A stretch of DNA of 64,000 bases, taken from the NCBI GenBank assembly GCA_043803385.1, contig JAZDKA010000034.1, positions 10,561 through 74,560 on the forward strand, in the 5' to 3' direction. The position numbers were made by a program, and so were the translations under genes. Under the pieces are notes generated by a model. That model did no database searches, was not told the DNA's origin, and worked only from the letters and a program-made list of their open reading frames with translations. Below, piece by piece: positions 25,822 through 34,842 of this stretch. The stretch comes from Patescibacteria group bacterium. GTDB lineage: Bacteria > Patescibacteriota > Minisyncoccia > Moranbacterales > JAKLHP01. Within the stretch, counting starts at the first letter, position 1; every line of letters starts with the position of its first letter.

Positions 25822-28605
25822 ATGAAAACAAAATTAAAATTAATAACGCTAATTGGCGTCGGAATTTTTTGCTTTGCGTTTGCGGTTAATGCTCAGACAC
25901 CAGGACCATTATTGCAGGAAGGTTTTCTTGTCGCTACGGTCAACATCTACAACGCCGCTTTAGCCAGTCAGTCGTCTGACGGATTGCATATTGTTTTTGA
26001 CTTAAGTAATCGCGTTAATGTTCAGCCACAAGTTAAATATGCAGTGAATCTAGCGAAAGAAGAAAAAGACAGTCAGATAATTATTGATACAAAAATCTAT
26101 CCGGAAGAAATTTCTCTCAAAGAAAATGAAACTATCAATAAAAAAATTACCTATGTTCCGCCGGCTTTCTTAAGCGGCGACTACAAACTTTATATTGAAG
26201 CTAAAAATCCCGAAGGTCTCATTTTGGCTATGGCTTATATTGGAGACGTTCAGCTAAATGGAAATAATCAGGGTCTTTTTCTTGATCCAGCCGCTTGCCA
26301 TCTTACTTTGGAAGGAGACGAGACTCAAAAAAAATATACCTTGCAGGGGGTGGATGTAAAACCGGAAGAAAATATTTTGCTTAATTGCGAAGTGGAGAAC
26401 AAATTTAATTCTTCCATAACAGTTATTCCTAATGTTGCCACTTACTACCGTAGCGTCTTTGGTAAATTCCTCGGCGCCAAAGATTTTGAGTCTATCACTC
26501 TTAATAAAGGCGAAAAGACAGTTAAATCTTTTGTCCTGCCCAAAGCCGTTGACCCTCAATCTTACGACGCTGTCCTTACTTTTTACAACGAACGAAAACA
26601 GCTCATTTCCAATCAAATTATCGCTCATTATATAATTCAAGGACCCAGCGCCACCATTCAAAATGTTCTTTTGGACAAAGCGGTTTATCAAAAAGGGGAA
26701 ATTGCTAAACTCTTTTTTTACTACACCCAGTCGGACAGCAATTTTCCTGGTTCCCGCAGTGGCATTACAGATATAGGTGTTCTGACTGCTAGTATTAATC
26801 TTAAAAATCAAAATAATCAAAACTGCGCCGATCTATTTCAAAAAGAATTAACCGAAAAAGAAAGTTTTTTTAACTTTGGCATACCCATTATTAATACTTG
26901 TCAGAGTCCTCAAGCCGAAGTGGTTATTAAAGGCAAAGACAGCCGGGTATTGGCCCAAAATACTTTTAAATTTTTCAATGAAGAAAAAAAAGAATCCGAG
27001 ACCGGCGGCAAAACAGCCGCCAACAAGCAGGCGATGATCATTATTTTAATAGTTATTATTTTAATCGCTATTGTTGCAACTTACTTTATCAAGAAAAAAT
27101 TAAATAAATCCAATAATTTCAGTTTATTTATTTTTCTCTTTATGTTTTTGGTTATCGCAGGAATGTTTACGGGCGAAATAGCAAAAGCAGACACATATGC
27201 TGCTGGTTATGGCATTACAGTTAATTACGGCTTAAACAAAAAGGTGTATTCCCCCGGGGAAACTATGTCTTATTATCTTTCTGCCTCTAGACCCGCTATT
27301 ATGTGGAATGCTACAGCTTCAATGAATGGCGTTACGCGAAGTGGCAATTATGGTGGATATGGTACAAATACTACTATTTATCTCTCTTTTACTGCTCCGA
27401 ATAACTCAGGTAATAATTTGGTCTCTTCTTCCGCTGCTATTTGGGCTCAGTGTGATTGGTTTCTCTACTGCTCCTATACCGTTCAACTTCCAGCTCTTTC
27501 TTCTAGCGTTCTTGGTGACGGCGTTTGTGGTTCTTCTAATGGTGGAAATTCAGGCGTTGCTCCAACTGTTAATCTTTGTAGCGCAGGGGCTGCTTCGGCT
27601 GTATCCGGCTCTGGTCCCTGGACTTGGACCTGTACTGGATCTCCTGGGTACTCAATCGCTACTTGCGGAACTAATCTTTTAACCCGAACTCTTACCGTCA
27701 ACAAAACTGGCACTGGCTCGGGTACTGTCACTAGCACTCCTGCGGGCATCAACTGCGGTTCTGATTGTTCAGCTTCATATAATGACGGTACTTCCGTTAC
27801 TTTAACCGCCACTCCTTCGGAGGGTTCTACTTTTACTGGATGGTTAGGCGCTTGTTCGGGCACTGGCGCCTGCACGGTTAAGATGATTGCGGCTAGATCT
27901 GTAACCGCTACTTTTAAGAGTTATAATTTAACTGTCACTAAAACCGGCACCGGCTCTGGCACAGTTACTCCTTCAACTGGAACTTTAACTTGGTCCGGTA
28001 AAAGCGGTTCAGCTTCGTATTATTACAACACTCCCATTACTTTAACCGCTGCATCTGACACCGGCTCTACCTTTACCGGCTGGTCAGGTACAGGCATTAA
28101 ATGTCCTGGCACCGGTGATTGTACGGTTATCATGACTGTATCTAGGTCTGTGAGAGCTAATTTTAATATTAATACTTATTTTTTAACCGTTACCAAAAAT
28201 GGTACCGGTTCGGGTACTGTTAGAAGTAATTGGTGGGGCATTAATTGTGGTTTTACTTGTTCGGCAAAATATAATTACAATACCTCTGTCACTTTAACCG
28301 CCACGGCTGCTGCTGGTTATACTTTCACCGGTTGGTCAGGAGATTGTTCTGGCAATAGTGCTTGCGTGGTAACTATGGATGCGGCTAAATTTGTAACAGC
28401 TACATTTAATTCTTCCTGCATTCCGAATTCTGCTTGCATCTCGATAACTCCTGATTGTTCAACTAATTGCGGCAAGTCGGTAAGTTCTCAAACATGCATA
28501 GATCTAAATAATTGTGGAACTAGCTTTTCTTGCAGTCCTCCTTGTAGTGGAACGACAACCTGTCCCGCTTGCTCTGACACTAACTGGAAAGAAGTGGCGC
28601 CGTAA
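25822..28605 (+). CDS. Giant Cys-rich surface protein, paralog 3 (ends NWKEVAP)
   Basis: Signal peptide and the paralogous N-terminal domain. A TM hairpin follows, then four divergent InlB-B-like repeats and a Cys-rich C-terminal module. The start was moved to ATG 25822 (MKTKLKL). Confidence 0.8.
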   Translation: MKTKLKLITLIGVGIFCFAFAVNAQTPGPLLQEGFLVATVNIYNAALASQSSDGLHIVFDLSNRVNVQPQVKYAVNLAKEEKDSQIIIDTKIYPEEISLKENETINKKITYVPPAFLSGDYKLYIEAKNPEGLILAMAYIGDVQLNGNNQGLFLDPAACHLTLEGDETQKKYTLQGVDVKPEENILLNCEVENKFNSSITVIPNVATYYRSVFGKFLGAKDFESITLNKGEKTVKSFVLPKAVDPQSYDAVLTFYNERKQLISNQIIAHYIIQGPSATIQNVLLDKAVYQKGEIAKLFFYYTQSDSNFPGSRSGITDIGVLTASINLKNQNNQNCADLFQKELTEKESFFNFGIPIINTCQSPQAEVVIKGKDSRVLAQNTFKFFNEEKKESETGGKTAANKQAMIIILIVIILIAIVATYFIKKKLNKSNNFSLFIFLFMFLVIAGMFTGEIAKADTYAAGYGITVNYGLNKKVYSPGETMSYYLSASRPAIMWNATASMNGVTRSGNYGGYGTNTTIYLSFTAPNNSGNNLVSSSAAIWAQCDWFLYCSYTVQLPALSSSVLGDGVCGSSNGGNSGVAPTVNLCSAGAASAVSGSGPWTWTCTGSPGYSIATCGTNLLTRTLTVNKTGTGSGTVTSTPAGINCGSDCSASYNDGTSVTLTATPSEGSTFTGWLGACSGTGACTVKMIAARSVTATFKSYNLTVTKTGTGSGTVTPSTGTLTWSGKSGSASYYYNTPITLTAASDTGSTFTGWSGTGIKCPGTGDCTVIMTVSRSVRANFNINTYFLTVTKNGTGSGTVRSNWWGINCGFTCSAKYNYNTSVTLTATAAAGYTFTGWSGDCSGNSACVVTMDAAKFVTATFNSSCIPNSACISITPDCSTNCGKSVSSQTCIDLNNCGTSFSCSPPCSGTTTCPACSDTNWKEVAP

Positions 28606-28710
28606 ATATTTAGCTAACAACTAACAACTGATAACATATAACTGACAGTATTAGAAAACCGGCTTTTGTATTTGAGGCTGGTTTTTGTTATAGGCTGTGG
28701 ATAACTTTGA

Positions 28711-28739
28711 TTTGCTTGAAATATGGCTTGTGGTATAAT
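28711..28739 (+). promoter_or_regulatory. Sigma70-like promoter (tttgct, 17 bp spacer, tgg tataat)
   Basis: Extended -10 at 28729-28739 and a -35-like tttgct at 28711-28716, upstream of nrdR. Confidence 0.45.
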
Positions 28740-28869
28740 AGTAGTATCATATACAAGATGTAGTATAAATTAGTTATAAAGTCCATAAAGTTAAAAGTCT
28801 ATAAAGCTTAAAGTTTTAAAAATTTTGCTTTAAGACTTTATGAACTTTAGGCTTTTGACTCCGATTTTT

Positions 28870-29349
28870 ATGAATTGCCCTTTTTGCAATAACAGTGAAA
28901 CAAAAGTAGTTGATTCCCGCGACACCAATGACGGGAAAGCAATCAGAAGAAGAAGAGAATGTGAAAAATGCCAGGCTCGCTTCAGCACGTATGAAGAGGT
29001 TGAAATTATGCGGCTGGCGGTTATCAAAAAAGATGGAAGTAAGGAAGAATATGACCGGAGAAAAATTGAATCGGGAATTCAAAAAGCATTGGAAAAAAGG
29101 CCGGTAAGCGAAGAAAAGATAAAGAAAATTATCGGAGATATTGAATATGAAATCCAGTCGCGAGAAACCGCCTGCAATGTTCCTAAAGGCGATGGGAATT
29201 GCGAAATAACCAGTAAAGAAATAGGAAGAATTGTTCTGGAAAAACTTAAAGAAATAGATGATGTTGCTTATCTTAGATTTGCCAGTGTGTATAAATCATT
29301 CGGTAGCGCGGAAAGTTTCAAAAAAGAAGCTGATAAAATTACACAGTAA
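28870..29349 (+). CDS. nrdR: Transcriptional repressor NrdR (alternative start 28840)
   Basis: MNCPFCNNSETKVVDSRD...RRRRECEKCQARFSTYE (zinc ribbon) followed by an ATP-cone. Confidence 0.85.
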   Translation: MNCPFCNNSETKVVDSRDTNDGKAIRRRRECEKCQARFSTYEEVEIMRLAVIKKDGSKEEYDRRKIESGIQKALEKRPVSEEKIKKIIGDIEYEIQSRETACNVPKGDGNCEITSKEIGRIVLEKLKEIDDVAYLRFASVYKSFGSAESFKKEADKITQ

Positions 29350-29364
29350 TACTAGGTTATCCCA

Positions 29365-29519
29365 GCACCAATTCCGAGTAAGTCTGGTGATAATAAATGT
29401 ATGTTTGTCTCTCGGAAACGCCTTACTCGAGGCGAGTACGGCTTAACTAGCTTAATATATAAGTTTTAATTCTGAATTGGTGCGGGATGCTCATTTTTGT
29501 AGTCCCGCCCAAGGCGGGA
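29365..29519 (+). promoter_or_regulatory. Structured 5' leader of nrdD: a long-range helix plus an SD-sequestering hairpin
   Basis: gcaccaattc (29365-29374) pairs with gaattggtgc (29474-29483). An inner helix is cgagtaag / cttactcg. The hairpin tcccgcc-caa-ggcggga (29503-29519) sits 6 nt before ATG 29526. Confidence 0.3.
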
Positions 29520-29525
29520 ACAAAA

Positions 29526-31727
29526 ATGGCAAATACAAAAATGAAGAAGAAAAAGAAAGTAGCCAGAAAGACTACAAAGAAAGTAAAAAAAGTAAAAAAA
29601 TCTGTTGGCTTTAAGAATCAAATCCACAAAGTAGTGAAGCGCAGCGGCAGAGTGGTTTCTTTTGATCCAAAAAAGATAACAGTTGCCGTTTCCAAAGCTT
29701 TTGCCGCCACCGGAGAAGGGAATTTTAAAGATGCCCAAAAAGTGGCCGACAAAGTAACCCAGCTTCTCAATAAAAATTACAAAAAAGGATATATTCCTGA
29801 AATTGAAGAAATCCAGGATTTAGTAGAAAGAGTTTTGATGATCCTTGATTATGATGAGACAGCCAAGTCGTATATTTTATATCGAAGCCAGCATGAAAAA
29901 ATTCGTGAAACTGAAAAAACCCTTGATGAAGCGGTAAATTTGGTCGACAGCTATATTCAGGAAATGGACTGGAAGGTGAAAGAAAATGCCAATATGTCGT
30001 ATTCTCTTCAGGGTCTTAATAATTACGTGGCTTCCATAGTTAGCTCGAAGTATTGGATGGGAAGGGTTTATCCGGAAGAAGTCAGGAATGCCCACAAAGG
30101 AGGAGATTTTCATATCCACGACCTTCAGCTTATCGCCGCCTATTGCTGCGGATGGGATCTCCAGGATCTTTTGCGCCGGGGTTTTACTGGAGTTTCCGGA
30201 AAGGTTTCTTGCAAGCCCGCCAAACATTTCGGTTCAGCCTTGGGTCAGATGGTTAATTTTATCTATACTCTCCAAGGAGAAGTAGCCGGAGCCCAGGCAT
30301 TTTCCAATTTTGATACGCTGCTGGCTCCATTTGTCCGCTATGATAATTTGAGCTACGAACAAGTAAAACAAAATATCCAGTCGTTCGTTTTCAATATGAA
30401 TGTGGCAACCAGGGTTGGTTTTCAGACGCCATTTTCCAATATAACGATGGACATTACCGCTCCGAAAACTTTAGCCAAAGAAGCGGCAATAATCGGAGGG
30501 GAGCCGCAAGAAGAAACTTATGGAGATTTTCAGGAAGAGATGGATATGATTAACAAAGCTTTCGCGGAAGTAATGATCGAAGGCGATTCAACCGGAAGAA
30601 TTTTCACTTTTCCCATCCCGACTTATAATATCGGAAAGAATTTTGATTGGAAAAATGAAAATTTCAATCCAATTTGGGAAATGACAGCCAAATACGGCAT
30701 TCCCTATTTCGCTAACTTCATAAATTCCGATATGGATCCGGAAGATGCAAGGAGCATGTGTTGCCGGCTGCGTCTTGATAATCGCGAGCTTTACAAAAGA
30801 GGAGGAGGACTTTTTGGCGCCAATCCTCAAACGGGATCTATTGGCGTTGTGACAATCAATATGCCAAGATTAGGGCATATATCTAAAAATAAAAAAGAAT
30901 TTTACAAAAATCTGGACCATCTTATGGATCTCGCCAAAGAAAGCCTGGAAATTAAGAGAAAAATAATAGAAAATCTCACCGATAAAGGACTATATCCCTA
31001 CACAAAGTTTTATCTCGATTCAATCAAAAAACGCAGAGGGCAATACTGGGCCAACCATTTTTCAACTATCGGGCTGGTTGGAATGAATGAAGCGCTTCTT
31101 AATCTTATTGGGAAAAATATAGCTGCCAAAGAAGGGCAGAAGCTAGCTGAAGAAATTCTTACCCATATGAGAGATAGAATCATTGGCTATCAAAAAGAAA
31201 CAGGAGATCTTTTTAATCTTGAGGCTACTCCGGCCGAGGGAACATCATACCGATTGGCAAGGATCGATCGCGAAAAATATCCGGATATGATTTTTGCCAA
31301 CAATGAAGCGGTAAAAAGCAAAAAAGCCGAACCGTATTACACTAATTCTTCCCAGCTTCCCGTTAACCACACTGATGATATTTTTGAAGCTTTGGAACTT
31401 CAGGACAAGCTTCAAACAAAATATACCGGCGGGACAGTCCTTCACGGATTTTTGGGAGAAAGGATAAATGACATTGAAACCACGAAAAAACTAGTCAGAA
31501 AGATCGCAGAAAATTATGCGCTTCCGTATTTTACTATCACCCCGACATTCAGCGTTTGCCCGGTTCACGGATATCTTGCCGGAGAACACTATACTTGCCC
31601 CAAATGCGTTATTGAACAGAAAACGGAAGTATATTCCAGAGTCGTCGGATATATTCGGCCGGTCCAGCAATGGCATGAAGGAAAACAAGCAGAATTTGCA
31701 GACAGGAAAGAGTTTATCGTTAAATAA
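29526..31727 (+). CDS. nrdD: Anaerobic ribonucleoside-triphosphate reductase (class III)
   Basis: N-terminal ATP-cone (VVKRSGRVVSFDPKKI). C-terminal Cys4 ribbon (CPVHGY...CPKC) and glycyl-radical region (RVVGYIRP). Confidence 0.85.
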   Translation: MANTKMKKKKKVARKTTKKVKKVKKSVGFKNQIHKVVKRSGRVVSFDPKKITVAVSKAFAATGEGNFKDAQKVADKVTQLLNKNYKKGYIPEIEEIQDLVERVLMILDYDETAKSYILYRSQHEKIRETEKTLDEAVNLVDSYIQEMDWKVKENANMSYSLQGLNNYVASIVSSKYWMGRVYPEEVRNAHKGGDFHIHDLQLIAAYCCGWDLQDLLRRGFTGVSGKVSCKPAKHFGSALGQMVNFIYTLQGEVAGAQAFSNFDTLLAPFVRYDNLSYEQVKQNIQSFVFNMNVATRVGFQTPFSNITMDITAPKTLAKEAAIIGGEPQEETYGDFQEEMDMINKAFAEVMIEGDSTGRIFTFPIPTYNIGKNFDWKNENFNPIWEMTAKYGIPYFANFINSDMDPEDARSMCCRLRLDNRELYKRGGGLFGANPQTGSIGVVTINMPRLGHISKNKKEFYKNLDHLMDLAKESLEIKRKIIENLTDKGLYPYTKFYLDSIKKRRGQYWANHFSTIGLVGMNEALLNLIGKNIAAKEGQKLAEEILTHMRDRIIGYQKETGDLFNLEATPAEGTSYRLARIDREKYPDMIFANNEAVKSKKAEPYYTNSSQLPVNHTDDIFEALELQDKLQTKYTGGTVLHGFLGERINDIETTKKLVRKIAENYALPYFTITPTFSVCPVHGYLAGEHYTCPKCVIEQKTEVYSRVVGYIRPVQQWHEGKQAEFADRKEFIVK

Positions 31728-31840
31728 ATTTCTAATTATTCTAATTGACCTAATTAACCTAAAAAAATTCCAATGAATTAATTTCTAAATTTGGGATTTG
31801 GGATTTGATTAGAAATTAGAAATTAGAAATTAGAAATTTC

Positions 31841-32536
31841 GTGATACTTGGCGGTTATCAAAAGTTGACCCTTATTGATTATCCCGGAAAATTGGCAACC
31901 ACTGTTTTTACCGTCGGTTGCTCTTTTCGCTGCCCATTTTGCCATAATCCGGAATTAGTTCACAGTTCACAGTTCACAGTTCACAGTAATTTGGAAAAAG
32001 AGTTCTTTAAGTTTTTAAGTAAGAGAAAAGAAAAGCTGGAAGGGGTTTGTATTACTGGAGGTGAACCTACTATTCAGCCCGATTTAGTGGGTTTTATTAA
32101 TAAAATAAAGAAGATGGGATTTCTGGTAAAATTGGATTCTAACGGAAGCCGGCCGGATGTCCTTAAAAAAATTATTGGCGGAAAAATGGTGGATTTTATC
32201 GCCATGGACATCAAAAATTCTCCGGAGCGCTATAGCGAAACTAACGGGGTAAAAACCGACATTGAAAGAATAAAATTGAGCGTAAATATGATAATGAATA
32301 GCAGTATTCCATATGAATTTAGAACGACAGTTGTTCCTGGAATTCACACAGAAAAGGATTTTGACCAAATTGCCAAATGGATAAAAGGGGCAAAAGCATA
32401 TTATCTTCAGGAGTATCGGGAAATTAAAATCCTAGATCCGAAACTCAAAAAGAAGACTAAGAATAAAAAAATAAATTTGGAAAAAATAAAAAAGAAAATA
32501 GAGAAAAATTTTAAGTTTATGGGAATCAGAGAATAA
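31841..32536 (+). CDS. nrdG: Anaerobic RNR activating radical SAM protein (GTG start)
   Basis: LIDYPGKLATTVFTVGCSFRCPFCHNPEL (CxxxCxxC). Confidence 0.8.
   Translation: MILGGYQKLTLIDYPGKLATTVFTVGCSFRCPFCHNPELVHSSQFTVHSNLEKEFFKFLSKRKEKLEGVCITGGEPTIQPDLVGFINKIKKMGFLVKLDSNGSRPDVLKKIIGGKMVDFIAMDIKNSPERYSETNGVKTDIERIKLSVNMIMNSSIPYEFRTTVVPGIHTEKDFDQIAKWIKGAKAYYLQEYREIKILDPKLKKKTKNKKINLEKIKKKIEKNFKFMGIRE
31957..31987. repeat. Heptamer tandem repeat (agttcac) x4.4 inside nrdG
   Basis: Read directly from the sequence. It encodes VHSSQFTVHSN. Confidence 0.7.
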
Positions 32537-32577
32537 ATCGAATCAGTCAATTATTATAGGATAATAGTAAAAATAAA

Positions 32578-32799
32578 ATGGCAAGAATATATGTCAAAGT
32601 GATTCCAGAATCATCGCATAATAAAATAGAAAAAATTTCCGAGGAAGAATATAAAATTTGGCTAACCGCTCCGCCGGTTGACAATAAAGCCAATAGGATG
32701 CTAATACAAGTATTATCGGAGTATCTTAATATTCCGAAAAGTTCCTTGGCAATAATTGGCGGAAAAACCGCCAAAGTAAAAATAATCGAAATCTTGTAA
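32578..32799 (+). CDS. DUF167 / YggU (UPF0235) family protein
   Basis: IYVKVIPESSHNKIE...WLTAPPVDNKANRMLIQVLSEYLNIPKSSLAIIGGKTAKVKIIEI. Confidence 0.6.
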   Translation: MARIYVKVIPESSHNKIEKISEEEYKIWLTAPPVDNKANRMLIQVLSEYLNIPKSSLAIIGGKTAKVKIIEIL

Positions 32800-32812
32800 G
32801 GAGGAGGTTTTT

Positions 32813-33277
32813 ATGGACAGTGAAGATAAGCTGAAAGTTGTGGATGAGAGAGCGGTTGCAGGTAAGTTCGGAAGATTTCAACTAAATAGTGTATCATACT
32901 ACCCCGTAAAGAAGGTTATAAACAGGATAATGCTAAATGTTTACGGAGTGGATTTAAAGGAGGGGCTGTATTCCTCGGAAAAATATAACCGAGAAGAAAA
33001 AGAGGGATGTCGGCATATTGATGTCAGTGTACCGATGAGTCATTGTGCTGTTGAAGGTGAATTTATTCTTCTGATTCCGCAAGATGAACCGGCATGTGGA
33101 CTTTTGGACATCAGAATGATTAAACATCGCCGGGCAGACGTAAACTTGTCTATTGTTTCTCCCTCGGCATTGATGCCACATTTATTGCATGTAGTGCGAG
33201 GCGCTGCGTGTGCGGAGAGGTCATTGTTTGTTGTCGTGGACCAGGACGGTTCGACATGGACATTGCATTGCAAATGA
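32813..33277 (+). CDS. Hypothetical protein of GC-rich, atypical composition
   Basis: Strong SD (ggaggaggtttttATG). The ORF is visibly GC-richer than its neighbours, and codons such as CTG/GTG/GAC are more frequent than elsewhere. A terminator-like hairpin follows at 33292-33336. Confidence 0.5.
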   Translation: MDSEDKLKVVDERAVAGKFGRFQLNSVSYYPVKKVINRIMLNVYGVDLKEGLYSSEKYNREEKEGCRHIDVSVPMSHCAVEGEFILLIPQDEPACGLLDIRMIKHRRADVNLSIVSPSALMPHLLHVVRGAACAERSLFVVVDQDGSTWTLHCK

Positions 33278-33351
33278 AATCATGCTGGCATCGTTTATTT
33301 TCAAAGGGGTTTGCACAATGCGGCCCCTTTTTTATTTGCTATAATATATTC

Positions 33352-34839
33352 ATGGCAAAGTCGCGGATTTTTTTGATTTTATCTTTAAGTTTCATCGCGG
33401 GAATTTTTTGGCGTTCGTTTTCGGAAAATTATCAAGCTTTTATTATTTATCTTCTTTTGATTTTAGCAATCATATTACTTGCGATTTTTTACAGAAATAA
33501 ATATGCGTTGGTGGTTTCCGGCGCTGTTTTCATTTTTGTTTTTGGCGCGTGGATAACGGAAAATAAATTAGAAAATCTAAAAAACCTTAATTTAGACAGG
33601 AAAGATTTTTCAGGAAAAGTAATAGTAGCCAAAGAGCCGATAGCGAAAGATAAATATCAAAACGTTATCGTTAAAACTTCTGATAATCTCAAAATTTTGC
33701 TCAATGCCAATCTTTATAGAAATTTCAATTATGGCGATGAATTGGATTTGAAATGCATTTTGAAAATTCCGGAAAACAAGGAAGGGGAATTTGATTACAG
33801 AATGTACCTGGCCAAAGACGGAATCTTTTATCTTTGCCAAGGCGCTTCTTTCGAAAAAACCGGAGAAAATAAAGGAAACAAAATTTATAAGGCAATCCTG
33901 AACTTTAAAAATAAATTATCAGATAATATAAACTTGGTAATTCCCGAACCGGAAGCGGCATTGGCCAATGGGTTAATTTTTGGCGGGAATAGCCTGCTTT
34001 CAAAAAATGTGGCTGACAACTTTTCCAAAACCGGGCTCTCCCACATTATCGCCGTTTCCGGTTTCAACGTGACAATTATTGCCGAATACTTGATGCTTTT
34101 TGGAATTTGGGTTGGGCTTTGGAGAAAACAGGCTTTCTGGTTTTCAATTGTCGGGATATTTTTATTTGTTATCGCAGTTGGCTTTCCCTCTTCGGCAATT
34201 CGCGCCGGGGTAATGGGTTCGCTTCTCCTTTGGGCGATGAAGAATGGAAGACTGGCGAATTCTTTCAACGCGATTATTTTTGCGGCGGGAGTCATGCTTT
34301 TTCTTAATCCATTACTTTTACGATGGGATATCGGTTTACAGCTTTCTTTTTTGGCGGCTTTGGGAATTATTGAACTTTCTCCATTTTGGGAAAATTATTT
34401 AATCAGAAAAAATAAAATAGTAGGCGAGATACAGGAAACAATTTTCCTTACCATTAGCGCGACTATTTTTGTTTTGCCGATAATTCTTTATAACTTCAAT
34501 ATGCTTTCAATTATTTCAGTGCTTGCCAACGCTCTTATTCTTTCAATTATTCCGCTGGCTATGCTGCTTGTTTTTTTGACAGCCTTGGCCGGCTTGATCT
34601 GGGCTCCAATTTCACTGCCTTTCGCCTGGGTTACATTTTTGCCCCTGAAATATATAGTTGAAACGGTAAATTATCTGGCAGGATTAAGCTGGGCAAGTAG
34701 AACAGTGGAAAATTTTAATGCCGGATATTTGATAGTTTGGTATATAATATTATTTGCCGGAGTATATTTGATTAAATTCAAAATGCAAAAATCTCCGCCC
34801 AAGGCGGATCAGCCTATGGCTGAAAAATTTAGCCTTTAA
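33352..34839 (+). CDS. comEC: ComEC/Rec2 DNA internalisation channel (DUF4131 plus competence domain)
   Basis: GLSHIIAVSGFNVTIIAEYL...AIRAGVMGSLLL and multiple TM helices. The start was moved to ATG 33352. Confidence 0.8.
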   Translation: MAKSRIFLILSLSFIAGIFWRSFSENYQAFIIYLLLILAIILLAIFYRNKYALVVSGAVFIFVFGAWITENKLENLKNLNLDRKDFSGKVIVAKEPIAKDKYQNVIVKTSDNLKILLNANLYRNFNYGDELDLKCILKIPENKEGEFDYRMYLAKDGIFYLCQGASFEKTGENKGNKIYKAILNFKNKLSDNINLVIPEPEAALANGLIFGGNSLLSKNVADNFSKTGLSHIIAVSGFNVTIIAEYLMLFGIWVGLWRKQAFWFSIVGIFLFVIAVGFPSSAIRAGVMGSLLLWAMKNGRLANSFNAIIFAAGVMLFLNPLLLRWDIGLQLSFLAALGIIELSPFWENYLIRKNKIVGEIQETIFLTISATIFVLPIILYNFNMLSIISVLANALILSIIPLAMLLVFLTALAGLIWAPISLPFAWVTFLPLKYIVETVNYLAGLSWASRTVENFNAGYLIVWYIILFAGVYLIKFKMQKSPPKADQPMAEKFSL

Positions 34840-34842
34840 AAT

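Noticed and set aside
28740-28840. NrdR boxes upstream of nrdR and nrdD
   Set aside because: Only weak AT-rich partial matches to the acaCwAtATaTwGtgt consensus (for example cttaatatataag at 29451-29463). None has the flanking aca / tgt arms.
32800-33340. Considered this GC-rich 540-bp block as a structured ncRNA (tmRNA, RNase P RNA or SRP RNA), because it is GC-elevated and contains a T-arm-like ggttcgacatgg
   Set aside because: No conserved tmRNA 5' (GGGG...UUCGACGGG) or 3' (…CCACCA-proximal T-arm) motifs. No RNase P P4 strands (AGGAAAGUCCGGGC / ACAGAANCCGGCUUA) in the right order, and no tag-peptide reading frame. Instead there is a strong SD, an ATG and a clean 154-codon ORF followed by a terminator hairpin.
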